From Botryllus schlosseri (taxonomy: Eukaryota): 64,000 bases of DNA. The stretch is taken from the NCBI GenBank assembly GCA_051294905.1, contig CM119371.1, positions 37,946,001-38,010,000 on the forward strand. Direction: 5' to 3'. Shown in pieces: positions 48,813-61,091 of this stretch (position 1 is its first letter; each line of letters starts with the position of its first letter). Under the pieces are notes generated by a model. That model saw only the letters and a program-made list of their open reading frames with translations, did not search any database and was not told the DNA's origin. A program made the position numbers and the translations under genes.

Positions 48813-51189
48813 GAATGTTCCCTCTAATTTTTGACGAGTCTGCGCAAACACCCCAACTCACTGCGCAGGCCCATAGACAACAGTGCGCAACCTGGCCCCC
48901 CATATGGTGATAAGCCTAATTTCTGGGGGGCTTTGCCCCCCACACCCCTCTCGGGCCTTACGCTTTTTCCCGCTACTTATCATTTATATTAGGTGTCCGT
49001 TTAGTCGGTGTATAGCCTGGACGCGCGAAGCGCGAAAAATTTATATAATTCATGATTGAATCAGTCAGTATGATCGGGAATTGCATATATATTGCTATCA
49101 ATTTTTATCCTCTCTCTGCTCACGTAACCAGATTTACCGGTAAAGCTGATCAAGTAAGGTGTGTTAGACAAGGTAGGACCCCCAAATAATAATCAAATAT
49201 CTTCGGGCGTACCCGTTGGTAATGACTTCGGTACATGATGCTATTTCGTGTCCTATCTGCTGTGTCAAAAGATATTGAAATCGCCCAAACGAACTAAACT
49301 AAGACGTACACGATTTCAAATTGTTATTTCTTTGAAAAAGTTGCATAAATGTCCAAAAAATTAATCCATGATTTATGTTTATTCACGAAATAATTTTGGT
49401 TCCCCTTCGAGCTCGGGCCGCCCAATTGGGGGTTTGGGGTGCCGCAGTTACGGTCCTGTGCGTAACACCAGACGTGCGTGTATCCATTCGAGTCACATGA
49501 TTCATTGATAGAATCAAAATATAGCATTTATATTTAGTTTTATTGCATTACACCAGATAATCACATTATGAGTGAAGATGGGGGAACTACGCTCTAAACA
49601 TGTTGTCTCGACTTGAAGTTAAGCCATTGAGGGCATTTTTTTCAGAAAGCCTTCGCGTTTGGGCTTCTGCTGAAATATTTTCGGGATATGCACCATAGCA
49701 CACGTGCGACTCTGTGGTGTCGTAAAGGGCTAAGAAGCATTCACCCGCAATGGCGATAAACCTCGACATCATGGATATCGCACGTGTTCTGTGGTGCATA
49801 TTTTGACGGTGTTTTGGCTGCAGTTCGAGTGCGGTGGCTTTCTGAAGAAAATGAATGCTATTCTTTGCCATATTTTGCTTCTCTCAGAGCACACCTTTAT
49901 CGCTCGAAAAAGAAAAATTCTCACTTAATTTTACAGTTTTTTCTTCCGTTTTCACATGCCCCGACAACAGCTATGATAAACGAATCGCACTTTTTTGCTA
50001 ATTTGGCTTGGTGAGGAGATGAGAAACTACCCATTCGTTTTGCCATTATTAAAAGCTGTCAGTATAAACTGTGCAGAATTAGCGAATATTCACTCAACGT
50101 TGGCCACACAGGCAAGCAACTATAGCCAAAACACTTGTAGGGACACAAATGGACGCCTGTAACCGCAAGTACTATAAACGGCGAATCGGAATTTTGTGCG
50201 ATCATCGGTGACGTCACAATAAATCCGTGTAAATGGTGATATAGGCTACTATAGATTACTAGTAGACATACACGCACGAGAACGCACTTCAAATCAATAA
50301 AGCGATCGATGTAGGCCTACCGCGTTAAAACACTGATGTGACGTCTTAATACCGGCAATACCGGCGCTCATTACTATCAAGACATAGAGTCAGATATAAT
50401 GATACGAATATTCAAGTCTGACTGAAGCAAAAACAATATCAGCGTATGACCTTATCGACGGAAGATTCCCGTTCAAACGAATCGAATGAAGCCAAAATCT
50501 GTGCTGCTGAGAAGCTGATGTAATTCAACGCCCTTCAGTGCACTGAACAGTTGTAGCATTTCCCGATCAACGTTTGCAAAGGGATAGATTTTTTAAACAA
50601 TATTGGTGCTTACTTGCATATTCTGCATATTATCATACCTCACCATACGTGATCAGATTCGCCTGATGAAAGTGATGACTTCGAAAATTCACGGCATGTA
50701 ATCTCACGTAATGCTCATGCCACGCGGAAAAGACTATTCGTTAGTTTCTCGCAGATTAACTTCGAGCTAGCCCATTGTTATTTATAACTTTGTCAAACCA
50801 TGTTATTTCGCCATTCCCAGAAAAGATTGCGCTATTGAAATGATATCAGTATCGCTCACGCGTACGGGACCATACTAAAAGAAAAATCTCTTTCATGAGG
50901 CGCACGTGATTGCAAATTCTCGTTTCTTCACAGAGCGCAATAGCTACCTTTATGGGCAGCACTTGTACCTCGGTTTCAGACTTCAGCGATAGCAGTATTT
51001 GCCCCTGGCAGTGTTCCCTCTAATTTTTCACAAGTCTGCGCGCCTGCGCGGTCCCTTAGAGAACAGTGCGCAACGACTAAAAAAAAAGTCATCACTTCGG
51101 ATTTTTTGTGCGCAGCCTAGATTTTCTGTGCGCAGAGACCGTTTCAGCACTGCGCATTTGCGCACGTGCGCAGCTTAGAAGGAACGTTG
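48813..51189. mobile_element. hAT-type composite element C (TIR (c/g)a(a/g)tgttccctct), about 2.4 kb
   Basis: Flanks are cccattat/cccatgat. The uninterrupted sister B copy has a single cccatgat at the equivalent site. A second left end lies at about 51009, and a short family member at about 7922-8083. Confidence 0.75.
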
Positions 51190-52306
51190 CCCATGATGTG
51201 GACGAATACTTATGCTATCGAAAATTGGATACCTGCTGGTATGCATCAATATGAATCAAGCTCGTTACCTATCGCATAGCTCAATTTGCACCTTTTTACA
51301 ATCCATGTGAACGAATTAGGATCGTTTTCATAACCACTTACTTACTTGAGTAATTTTAAAGTCAGTCAATTCTACTTCTACTTCAAGTAGTTTTAGGTTG
51401 CTTATGGAAGAAGTACTTCTAATCGTACTTGAGTAGATTTTTTCGTCGCTACTTCTACTTCTACTTGAGTAGATTTCTTGACTACTTTGACCACCTCTTG
51501 GTGTATCACATCTGTATCACAGCTGTATCATAGCTGTATCAGCGGTATAAGTTGCCACAGCTTTGCAGCGGTTGCCTTTGATCGAATGAAGCCAGATCGA
51601 ATGAGATCTGCTTGCGGTTAGTAGGTTTGGAGGTTGTCTATTACCATATACTCCCGCAGTACTGGTACTTGAAAATGCTACCAGAAGCTGTTAAAAGTGA
51701 GGAAAATTAGTATATTATGACTGCGAAGCATTCGGTATCACCGAGCAGAGTTGTAAAAAGTGGGTTTCACATGACATTAACTCGGAGCTGAACAGTCCAC
51801 ACAATGCCTTCGACTCGGACTCGAGTCGAAACACTATGACTCGGACTCGACACGTCACTCCGTGACTTGGACTCGGACTTGACTCGGTGGTGAATTGAAA
51901 ATGACTCGACTTGACTCGAGTCAATACTATAAAAGTGAGACTGACTTGTGACTCGGAACCTTGTGATTTGGTTAAAACCCTGATTCCAATATCCTTTAAC
52001 CATATAGCAGCCGGGGCCACGGAATAAGAACATGCACCAGAATAATTAATAACGACGACCCCGCCCGTAGATAATTAAATATACTTGTATTTGAGAGCTA
52101 CAAAATTAAATCCGCAGAATATTTCTTCATCGATCATAAAGGATGATACTGATTAGTGTTGTTACCCCCATTCATGTTAAAGTTAAGAGCTTGGTGCAGT
52201 ACTAAATTCAATATGAGCAAATCTCTACCACATTCTCAGTTGATTTAGTAATCACACGAAGCAATAAAACAAAACCCAATACAATTCACTTCCCCGTATT
52301 TCCAAT

Positions 52307-53935
52307 CAGAGTTGGATCAATTGTAATTTGTAATTGAACTGAATGTAATTAATTACATTTTTTCATGTAATTGTAATTGTAATTAAGGCATTTCTATTTT
52401 GTGTAATTGTAATTGTAATTGTAATTAGATCAAAATTTTGCTCAATTACAATCTCAATTACATTTTCATGGAAACCTGACAATCACAACATAAAATAATC
52501 ATTTAATCAATCATTTATTCGTCGCACCAGTGAAAATCCGGTACGAACCAGGATGACGACGAGGAGCCTTAAGGCCTTAGTAAACAGTCACCACATGTGA
52601 TAATTAGCCTATTTACATCGGTGTTCTATGCGTGCTGCGTTATAACTAGATAATTCAGTCACGCTAAACTGTTTCCCATACTTCAGTAGCAACAGAAAAC
52701 TTTGTGAAATACATTATAGGCTAAACCAGTGGTTCGCAAACTGGGGGCGTGCCCCCTTGGGCGGCGTGAAAGCATTTGAACGGGGCGCGACGCTCCAGTG
52801 AACTGAAATCTTTTCCGCGTTTGACCCGATTCACATCCGTTTTATGGTTGTTGCTCGGTGTATAGTCTGAATTTCGTGTTGCAGAATTCTCTCATCAACA
52901 GTCATAACCTTCCATACCATCAAACTATATGTAAGGATTGCTAACTTTTTGGTTTCATTGTATGCTATGACGATAAGGGGGGCACGAAATATTCACTGTC
53001 ATATAGGGGGACGTGTCTAAAAAAGTTAGAGAACCAGTGGGCTAATCTAAATCTTAATATTTCAAAAATGGATGAACAGATAATAAACTTTTCTGAAACC
53101 TGTGCTGAACCATTTCCTACACCACGGTCAAAGTTTTTTTTAATCTCTGACCAGTACCGAGGCTTGTTGCAACAATAGCAAAAATAAATTCAAGTTTCCA
53201 ACCAAGGCTTCATCAAACTTGATCACGCATTTGTAGAGATGTTATCCGAATCTTAACCCCAACCTTGGCCAAATTTACTGGTGCCAGAAACTTTTCGCAC
53301 TATAATGTTCATCAAATGCAATCTAACAGTTTCCGAGCAAGTGAAAATGTAAATGCAAACCAAAATATTGTAATTCTTAGTTATCAGGAGGTTCTTTCCT
53401 TTTGCATTTATTTTAATTTTACGCACCTTCTCGGTATCATCCTTATCGCTGACACATTTCATTATCCTCACTCAGCTCTGAGTAGCCTAATCGTTTGATT
53501 ACATTTCATTGACTGTCCTGTAGCCTATTCGCTGTTAGTTGCTCAAACCTTTGGTTCTTAACAGTCGCTTGAAGCATTTTTCTGTGCTTGTAGTTTTCAG
53601 TACTCATGATAAGGAATACTTCGAATACGTTCGAGTTTTTTTCAATTAAAGGGTATTCTACATATCAGGAATGAAACATGAATAGCTTGAGATTGTTGCT
53701 AATTACGTCGCTACGGTTGTCAAAGAACACCTCATTACTGAATCAATCACCTGTTTAAAAGTAATTGTAATTGTAATTATAATTGTGATTAATTTCATGT
53801 TAAACAGTAGTTGTAATTGTAATTGTAATTTGATATTTTTAGCATTGAGTAATTGTAATTGTAATGTAATTGAAACATGCAAGGAAGTAATTGTAATTGT
53901 AATTGAATTAAAATATTGTAATTGATCCAACTCTG
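52307..53935. mobile_element. hAT-type element with (aattgt)n subterminal arrays, carrying a nested cagtggtt MITE (52727-53039)
   Basis: TIR cagagttggatcaat; flanks tttccaat/ttgccaat; inner flanks ggctaaac/ggctaatc. Confidence 0.8.
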
Positions 53936-54581
53936 TTGCCAATCGCAGAGGAGAATTCGGGATGTGTACATCGATCTTGAACCAAATACTATATGAGCCC
54001 GTGCCTTTCCCGGTGGATGTTATAACAACCCGAAAATATCACATACAATTATACTGTTAATTAGTCGAGTGAACTGATAGTGGAGTGCCAACCTGAAAGC
54101 GGAGTTTTACCACTTATCCATTGTTTTTACTACAGTCCTTAAAATAGGGGGGCACCAGACTCAGGCAATTTTTGAAAGGGGGCGCTGGAGATGAAAAAAG
54201 GTTAAGAACCACTGCTCTGAAGCTTGTACACTATGAATGATGTCATGTTTCAAGCAAAAAAACAAAGCCTTGGCCTCACTTATCCCTACAGCATTTCCTT
54301 ATCGAGCAATTATCTTTGCCGGCGTTGAAAACCACATAAAGCAGCAACTCGAATAAGACTTCGACTACGTAGAGAAAATGATACGACATTTCTGGGTCTT
54401 GTTTCATCTAAGCTACAAATACACGAAACAACACAAGAGATAAGATTTGCCGTTGGCCATTTGGCCGGGTCTCGTTTCAGCTACAAAAGACGTAATAGAT
54501 GTCAACCAATATGAGTTAGGAGCTGCTATTATCCAAATCCGGTGGATCTGCGTCAATGTGCCACAGTTCCGCGGTTGAGTA

Positions 54582-55512
54582 TTAACAGAACTCGCACACG
54601 TATAATTTCGTCGGTGTTCCTGGTTCAGCCACGAATTGCAGAGTATCGTAGGAGCTGCCGACCGCGAACGCGACCGCGGCTGCGCCAATTCTGTTCAGAG
54701 TCGTGTCACTGTCTGTGACGTATTGCTCCCCAGAAGCTTCGAAGATCCAGAAAGGATTAGTGCCGCTGCCATCGTCAGTTAAGGCCAACCAAACATCCCC
54801 TGACAATCCCAGCATACCATCGAAAATATTTCTGGGAATGAAAATCTATTTAAAAAACACAGACGGGTCTGAAAGTATTCTGTGGCGTCATGCAGAGCAT
54901 GCTGCATTACTCACTGACGATCAACCGCGGTCCGAACGTTTTTATGAGCAAGTTCGCCACCTTTAGCCCGACAATCAGCAAACGCGTCTGTATTACCAGC
55001 CAATTCATCTCCAACCTCATAGCGACATCCTTTGTATTCAAAGTCTTCCTGGAACATAATAGCGTCTTGTAAGATTTCGGATGTGATTTACGAGCGATGT
55101 TGAAATCGAATAGGATCGCGTCTACGAACCGGATCCGGCGATGCAGTTGTCTTGGTCGTAATTGTTGTGGTGGTTGACGTCGTTGACACGATCGTCTCCT
55201 TCGGCGTCTCTGGCGTCTCTGATAAAAGCAGGCCTGTGCGCGAAAAAAATTAGGAACACGTAACCGTCATTTGATTCGTCAATGACTTAATCTATTAGCC
55301 TTGCTCCAAACATCCGCGTGAGATCTGAATTGACACTCACCTCTGAAAAATTGCGTCCACAGATACGCTCGTAAAAGCGGTTCGATCTCGATCTGACGCC
55401 TACGAACAGGTGTGTAGGTGTAGTAATAGCCTGGAGCGTATCTTGGAACCGCCCTGAACTGGAATAACGCAAGAAAAGGGCTCATTATAAATCAAACTTG
55501 GAGGTTAACTTG

Positions 55513-55554
<42 letters not shown>

Positions 55555-55710
55555 GACTCACCACATCGTGTCTGATAGTCGGTCCGTTTGAGGTGACTGC
55601 AATGCAACAAGTGTTCTGAAATAAGACGTCATCGATCGCATTCATACGTCACACTCACCTTCAACAAATTCTACGGACAAAAGAAGAATAAAACTAGCAA
55701 AGAATCGCAT
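54582..55710 (-). CDS. Secreted protein with signal peptide, Thr-rich stalk and divergent C-type-lectin-like domain (about 230 aa, 6 exons)
   Basis: Exons 55659-55710 (MRFFASFILLLSVEFVE), 55562-55596, 55341-55458, 55130-55233 (..IVSTTSTTTTITTKTTASPDP), 54915-55048 (FEYKGCRY..DAFADCRAKGGELA), 54582-54831 (..VWLAL..LYVCEFC*). All GT-AG, phases consistent, introns 62-107 nt. The A..C...GG.LA / W.AL / YVCE pattern resembles a CTLD. Confidence 0.75.
55515..55552. repeat. (CA)n microsatellite in intron 2 of the lectin-like gene
   Basis: Perfect run of about 19 CA units. Confidence 0.95.
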
Positions 55711-56435
55711 CTTGGCAGACCTACGGAGATAGATTTCAACCTGTAGGGGAATTGGAAAATGACGCGTTAATGGTGATTTCGGGTGGTGCTTACGACTGGA
55801 AGCCATACGCCGTCGAAGTATTCGCAATGCAATAGCGATAAGCAATAAGGTTGATCAGTGATCAACCCTGATATGAAGACTTCCAATCCCTCATCATTTT
55901 TCATCTACTTAATAGATAAACACATCATTTAACAGTCACGTGCTGTATCGTATATTGCAGGGGCGACCAACCTTTTCAGCCAACGGAATACATGCAATTT
56001 ACCAACCATTACGTGGGTCACTTGAATGTTGATTACTTTTTGTAGTTGTCCGCTAGGAGCGAGCCGGATTAGTTACCGCCCCGCAAATAGTAAACGTTTG
56101 ACACGACTTTCAAACGTTTACAAAAGTTTCAAAAAGATGTTCAAAATAACGATGGGAATTTGGGTTATGTATTTTCATGATCAATTTAAGCTGTGAGGCA
56201 TGGGGACATGAATTAACACGAAATAAACTGCAGAGGGAGTGTTATCATGACGTATCATCGCGTATGTCATCTGGAGGTGGCAAACATGTGATTCGCTACT
56301 GCCCGACATGGCATGCAAACATTCTCATCTTGACGATATACGCATCATCGTGTCATTTTATTGCAATTGTAGCATTCAGACCCAGTTCACTGATTACCGA
56401 CTACGAAAATACTACATATGCTCACTGCTCATGAC

Positions 56436-56951
56436 TAGGGCTGGGCAAAATCGAGTACCTGAGTGATTCGATTCTGAATCACTTAACATGCTTCGAGTCG
56501 AGTCGAGTAATCGAGTATCACTCATTATGACGACATAACAGAATGTAATACATCAAGTTCAAATATGTACCGTTTATGCCACCACAAACAATATAATGCC
56601 TGTTATCCATCTCATAAATGATACTTTGGTATTTTTTCGACCATAGCGATTTCATTTCACTTGGTGACAATGTTGTGGGATAATCATGACTTCGAAAATG
56701 TGCTACGTCCAGTAACCTTCGTAGCTTTGTACTATGTGTTTCGTATGCTACGATACCGCCAATCAAGGTTTCAAGGGCTCAACAGTAAAAATCAGTATCG
56801 ATAATATAATTCTCGCTGATAAATTAACTTTCAGCGGCGAGAGGCGTATAATTCCAGTACTCGAAAAAATCGTCTTTTACTACTCGACTCGAATCATTAA
56901 AATTATTACTCGATTCAGATTCGAGTACTCGAATCATTGTGCCCAGCCCTA
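56436..56951. mobile_element. hAT MITE (TIR tagggctgggca)
   Basis: Perfect TSD ctcatgac. Confidence 0.88.
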
Positions 56952-57585
56952 CTCATGACATATCCGGCATTTCCGCATTATACACAGGCGCGCGTCGTTA
57001 GAATACAGCCGGCAACTTACCGATTTCACGATTTGCTGGCGAGTGACGTAGGGCATTTTTTCCCCACGCGAACATCAGTTTCGGCGCGCACGTGTGATGC
57101 CGCCAGACAACAGGGAACAGCGCGAGGTCTGATAATGGCGGTTGTGATCGTAGTTGAGGTTTCGGCGGAGTTGAGTTCACGGATTAATCGCGGTTAATTG
57201 ATGTTGAAGCAAGAAGTTATAGCTATAGCGGAGTACCGAAAACTGAACTTTGAATGCTAATTTATATATGCTTCGTATAAAACAATAGTTGAGGCTTACG
57301 ATTGATATTGACCGTAGTTTACTGTCGATCACAATATCATCAACCGTAGTTACATGTACCGAAAGTTATAGCTGTTTTCATCGTTATGTATTAGCATACT
57401 ATTAACTTGCGCTTTCTTTGTTAAAACTTCTGTGCAAGTGCAAGCCTTGTAGCTTCGTGATATAACTTCGTGTTTGGTAAAGCAGATTTCTATTGAGGTC
57501 GTGATCGTGACATGCATACAGCTAATCGCGTGGACTCGTATAGGTTCATTAATTTTCTACTATATTGAAGCAGCTACAGTTCAGT

Positions 57586-60408
57586 ATGCCTAAATGTCGA
57601 AAAAGACACCGATTAGCTTACAGAAGGAGATGGACTGCCGCGACCAGGTTAATCAAGCAGACTTTACCCAAGAAAAACAATGAAATTTCCCAGTTTGAAG
57701 ATATTAATAGACCAGTATCAAGTAAGTGTTTAATATTATTCAGTTTTATATTATTTGGATTTCATGAATCACATGGTATGGTTTCATGAATCACATGGTA
57801 TTGCTGGCATCATAATGTTTGTGATCATGTTGGGCTTGTTGGCCATGTGAAATTAGGCTACTTGTGTCAATTTTCGAATTGTCAAGCTGTAAAATAATGC
57901 GATATGTGACTATGTATTTCTCTCTTTAGTCACCTCAACACCAAGACGTCCCGAGAGGCACCAAGTACACACGATTTTGGAAGGTCTGTTCAACATTTTC
58001 CACTCCTGAGATGTTCACTTGCTTTGTAAAATTAATAAATATTTATTATCCATTGTTTAGTAATTTCCATAGTGATAGTGTCATTCCAACTTCTATTTTC
58101 TGCAGATATTGATGCTTCTGACAATGAAGCAGTTCCTGCTGATACGTCAATTCATTCTCAACCAGTGTCAGCCTCAACTTCGAAGCGAACTTCACAGTTC
58201 CTATCCAAGAAAAAGCGGGGAGGTCTGTTTAATTACAATTTGTAAAATATTGCGATATGTGACTATGTATTTCTCTCTTTAGTCACCTCAACACCAAGAC
58301 GTCCCGAGAGGCACCAAGTACACACGATTTTGGAAGGTCTGTTCAACATTTTCCACTCCTGAGATGTTCACTTGCTTTGTAAAATTATTAAATATTTATT
58401 ATCCATTGTTTAGCCATTTCCATAGTGATAGTGTCATTCCAACTTCTATTTTCTGCAGATATTGATGCTTCTGACAATGAAGCAGTTCCTGCTGATACGT
58501 CAATTCATTCTCAACCAGTGTCAGCCTCAACTTCGAAGCGAACTTCACAGTTCCTATCCAAGAAAAAGCGGGGAGGTCTGTTTAATTACAATTTGTAAAA
58601 TAATGCGATATGTGACTATGTATTTCTCTCTTTAGTCACCTCAACACCAAGACGTCCCGAGAGGCACCAACTAAAGACGACTTTGGAAGGTTTGTTCAAC
58701 ATTTTCCACTCCTGAGATGTTTACTTGCTTTGAAGGGTTGTATTGACTCGAGTCATTTTCTCCAAAGTGAGATTGACTTGTGACTCGTAGCTTTGTGACT
58801 TGGTTACAGCCTTGTTGCTTCGTAAAATTATTAAATATTTATTATCTATGATTAATTTATTTTAGGTTGCTCTTCGTTTGAAATGTCTACCGACAGTGTA
58901 TCCCACAGGAGAAACGGCTATTCGGATGACAGTATGTTCTGAGATTCATATTTTTATAGGAAGTGGCAATTAATTCCCTTTTACGTATTACGCTTCCCAG
59001 AACTCAAATTTATATTATAAGGTGTCGATCTTCAAGACATTCATGACAATGTCATTACACAATAATTGATGATTTTAATGTACGTTTGTCAAATGTGCGG
59101 TATAGATGACTTTCACTTTTATTTAGAAATCATGAAGAAAATCTTGATTTGTGTGCGAACGATCTTGGAGATCGTAGGTGAAAATCAAGCGTATCTCGTT
59201 CGACAAGATGTTGGAAAGCGTAAGCAATCACAGTCAAGCACGCAGAATTTTGAGTACTTAATCAAGAAACCTGCAACTACTGTGGATGAATTGAAAGGCA
59301 TAGATCAAAAACTTGAGGAGGAAGGAGCGAAAAATGCTGCAGTAAGTAGCTGTTATAATTACCAAACCCATTGATTTTCGATATACAACAGTTAACATGG
59401 ATATAATTTGACTGAGTGCTGTTGCCACCTGTTTTCAAGATTTTTCCTGGATTTCTTGGTTTTCCAGATATCGTATTTGTCGCTGGTTGGTGGGCAAACT
59501 GTGACTGCTACAATTCGAGGCGTGTTGGATAAAATTGCAACCAAGTTTCTACTGGCTCAGTACTCCAAAGACGGACAAAAAGGAAAGCATCGCTTCAAAG
59601 ACCATGAAATGATCTATAGCCTTCTGATATGTGAGTATTCGAGTTATAGAGCAATGCTCCCAGACAGTACAAGGTGTAATTAACTAGCTCCAACCGTATC
59701 TTCTTGTAACTATTTGCAGAAAGACCCACAGCAGAGTAACAGAGAAAGATATCGAGGCGGACATCAGTGCAGTCTTGAAGTCCTACCCTCATTATATCAA
59801 GATGGTACAGTTGGCTTTTGTTTATTCATCCTGATATCCCTATAAAAAATATCAGTTATAGAAGTTGGTGCATTAAATTACCATAATGTTATGATCGCGC
59901 GTTCATGTTGGTGTCATATCTTATTTAGTGATTACCGCCAATCATTATTTTCGTGTGTGCCTTGCTTTGTATTTATACCCTGTGTTCTGTGATCTACTCT
60001 CTCCTTTGTTTATCTGCTGAACAGGATTAAATACATTGGATTCTCATTAGAAGTTCATCGTATAGGTTTACTGTCCTACCATGACCTAGAATATAACAAT
60101 GAACTTCTTGCAGAAATCATCAAGACCGCAGAATGGACGCACAACTAGTGAAGAATTAGCCGTGGATGAGGTATGCATTTTTCAAACTTGGTTTTAATGG
60201 GACTTGTGAAATCATCCAGAATGAAATAGTGGGAAATTTTACAGTGTTGATCCAGTAACACCATTTCTTGCATATTCTCAGCATGGGATTCTGTTTCTTG
60301 TGCTTAGCTGTTCCAACACAGCTCTTGTACATTAAATTGATGTGATATAGTGCTAGCTAGTCATCTATTTCTGACTTACCAACTGTGACTTCTTGATTTC
60401 AGGAATGA
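57586..60408 (+). CDS. DUF4806-like domain protein with repetitive low-complexity N-terminus
   Basis: Exons 57586-57721, 57930-57983, 58106-58222, 58283-58336, 58459-58575, 58636-58689, 58866-58931, 59127-59341, 59468-59630 (ISYLSLVGGQTVTATIRGVLDKIATKFLLAQYSKDGQKGKHRF, DUF4806-like), an uncertain junction near 59631-59719, then 59720-59804 (TEKDIEADISAVLK), 60114-60170 and 60403-60408 (GAA TGA). Domain call is by motif recall, not by search. Confidence 0.65.
57888..58730 (+). repeat. 353-bp tandem duplication (about 2.4 copies) containing two symmetric phase-1 exons per unit
   Basis: Exon starts at 57930/58283/58636 and 58106/58459 are exactly 353 bp apart; the units are almost identical. 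Confidence 0.92.
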
Positions 60409-60708
60409 TAAATGGTGTGCTTTGATGAGCTGCTGCCCATTTGAGAAGAAAGAGGTGGACTAGTGAGCTTGAAAGTTACGTTTAATAGTCTCAAAGAAGA
60501 CGTCATACAGTTCCTACATCTAAGTGCCACCTTATAAGGTGAACAGCGGACATCCAGGCACCATGTACTGGTGTAATTGCCTGCATTTAACCAAGAATGA
60601 CATTCCTGCTACCTTTGCTCATTTATATTTGTACTGAGGAAACCTGTAAATAAGTGATTTCGCTGACATCGGCTACGCAGTTTTGCATTTCTTTATTTGT
60701 CAGTATCG

Positions 60709-61091
60709 TAGGGTTACCATATGTCCTCTTTGAAAGAGGATTTGTCCTTTTTTAAAGTGTCCTAGCAGGACGCCCAAATGTCATTGTCCACGTTTTGAAA
60801 ATTTTGCGTAGATGTATGTTAAATTTAACTGCGATAAAGCAAGCTCAAGTACCGGTTAGGTGGGTCTTACAGGAGTTGTGCCAGAAAAACGACCTTTTGT
60901 TTTAGTCATCTAAATGAATATTCATAGAAAGTGTGTAATTCGGAAGTCGAGTCGGAAAGATGACCTTCTTACAGTCAACTACAAACTCGCAATACGTTTA
61001 CCAATTTTACCGGATGTTACTGCTGTATTGTAAGTCCGGAAATTTTTTATCAAGTGTCCTCTTTTCAGATTCCCAAAATATGGTAACCCTA
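60709..61091. mobile_element. hAT MITE (TIR tagggttaccata)
   Basis: Flanks cagtatcg/cagtttcg. Confidence 0.78.

Larger units (their letters stand above)
46715..51499. mobile_element. hAT-type non-autonomous element B (TIR (c/a)agaggtggtca; agtagaagt-rich subtermini), outer copy
   Basis: Perfect 8-bp TSD ggtgtatc (46707-14 / 51500-07). Confidence 0.88.
46395..51658 (-). mobile_element. Solo LTR (about 470 bp net; 4-bp TSD is Gypsy-like), itself interrupted
   Basis: TG..CA termini, TSD gtac (46391-94 / 51659-62), and on the minus strand TATATAA (46608-14) followed by AATAAA (46543-48). Confidence 0.65.
46157..51982. mobile_element. Family A MITE interrupted by a solo LTR and nested hAT elements
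   Basis: Perfect TSD attccaat (46149-56 / 51983-90). Family A sequence stops at 46394 and resumes at about 51663. Confidence 0.88.
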
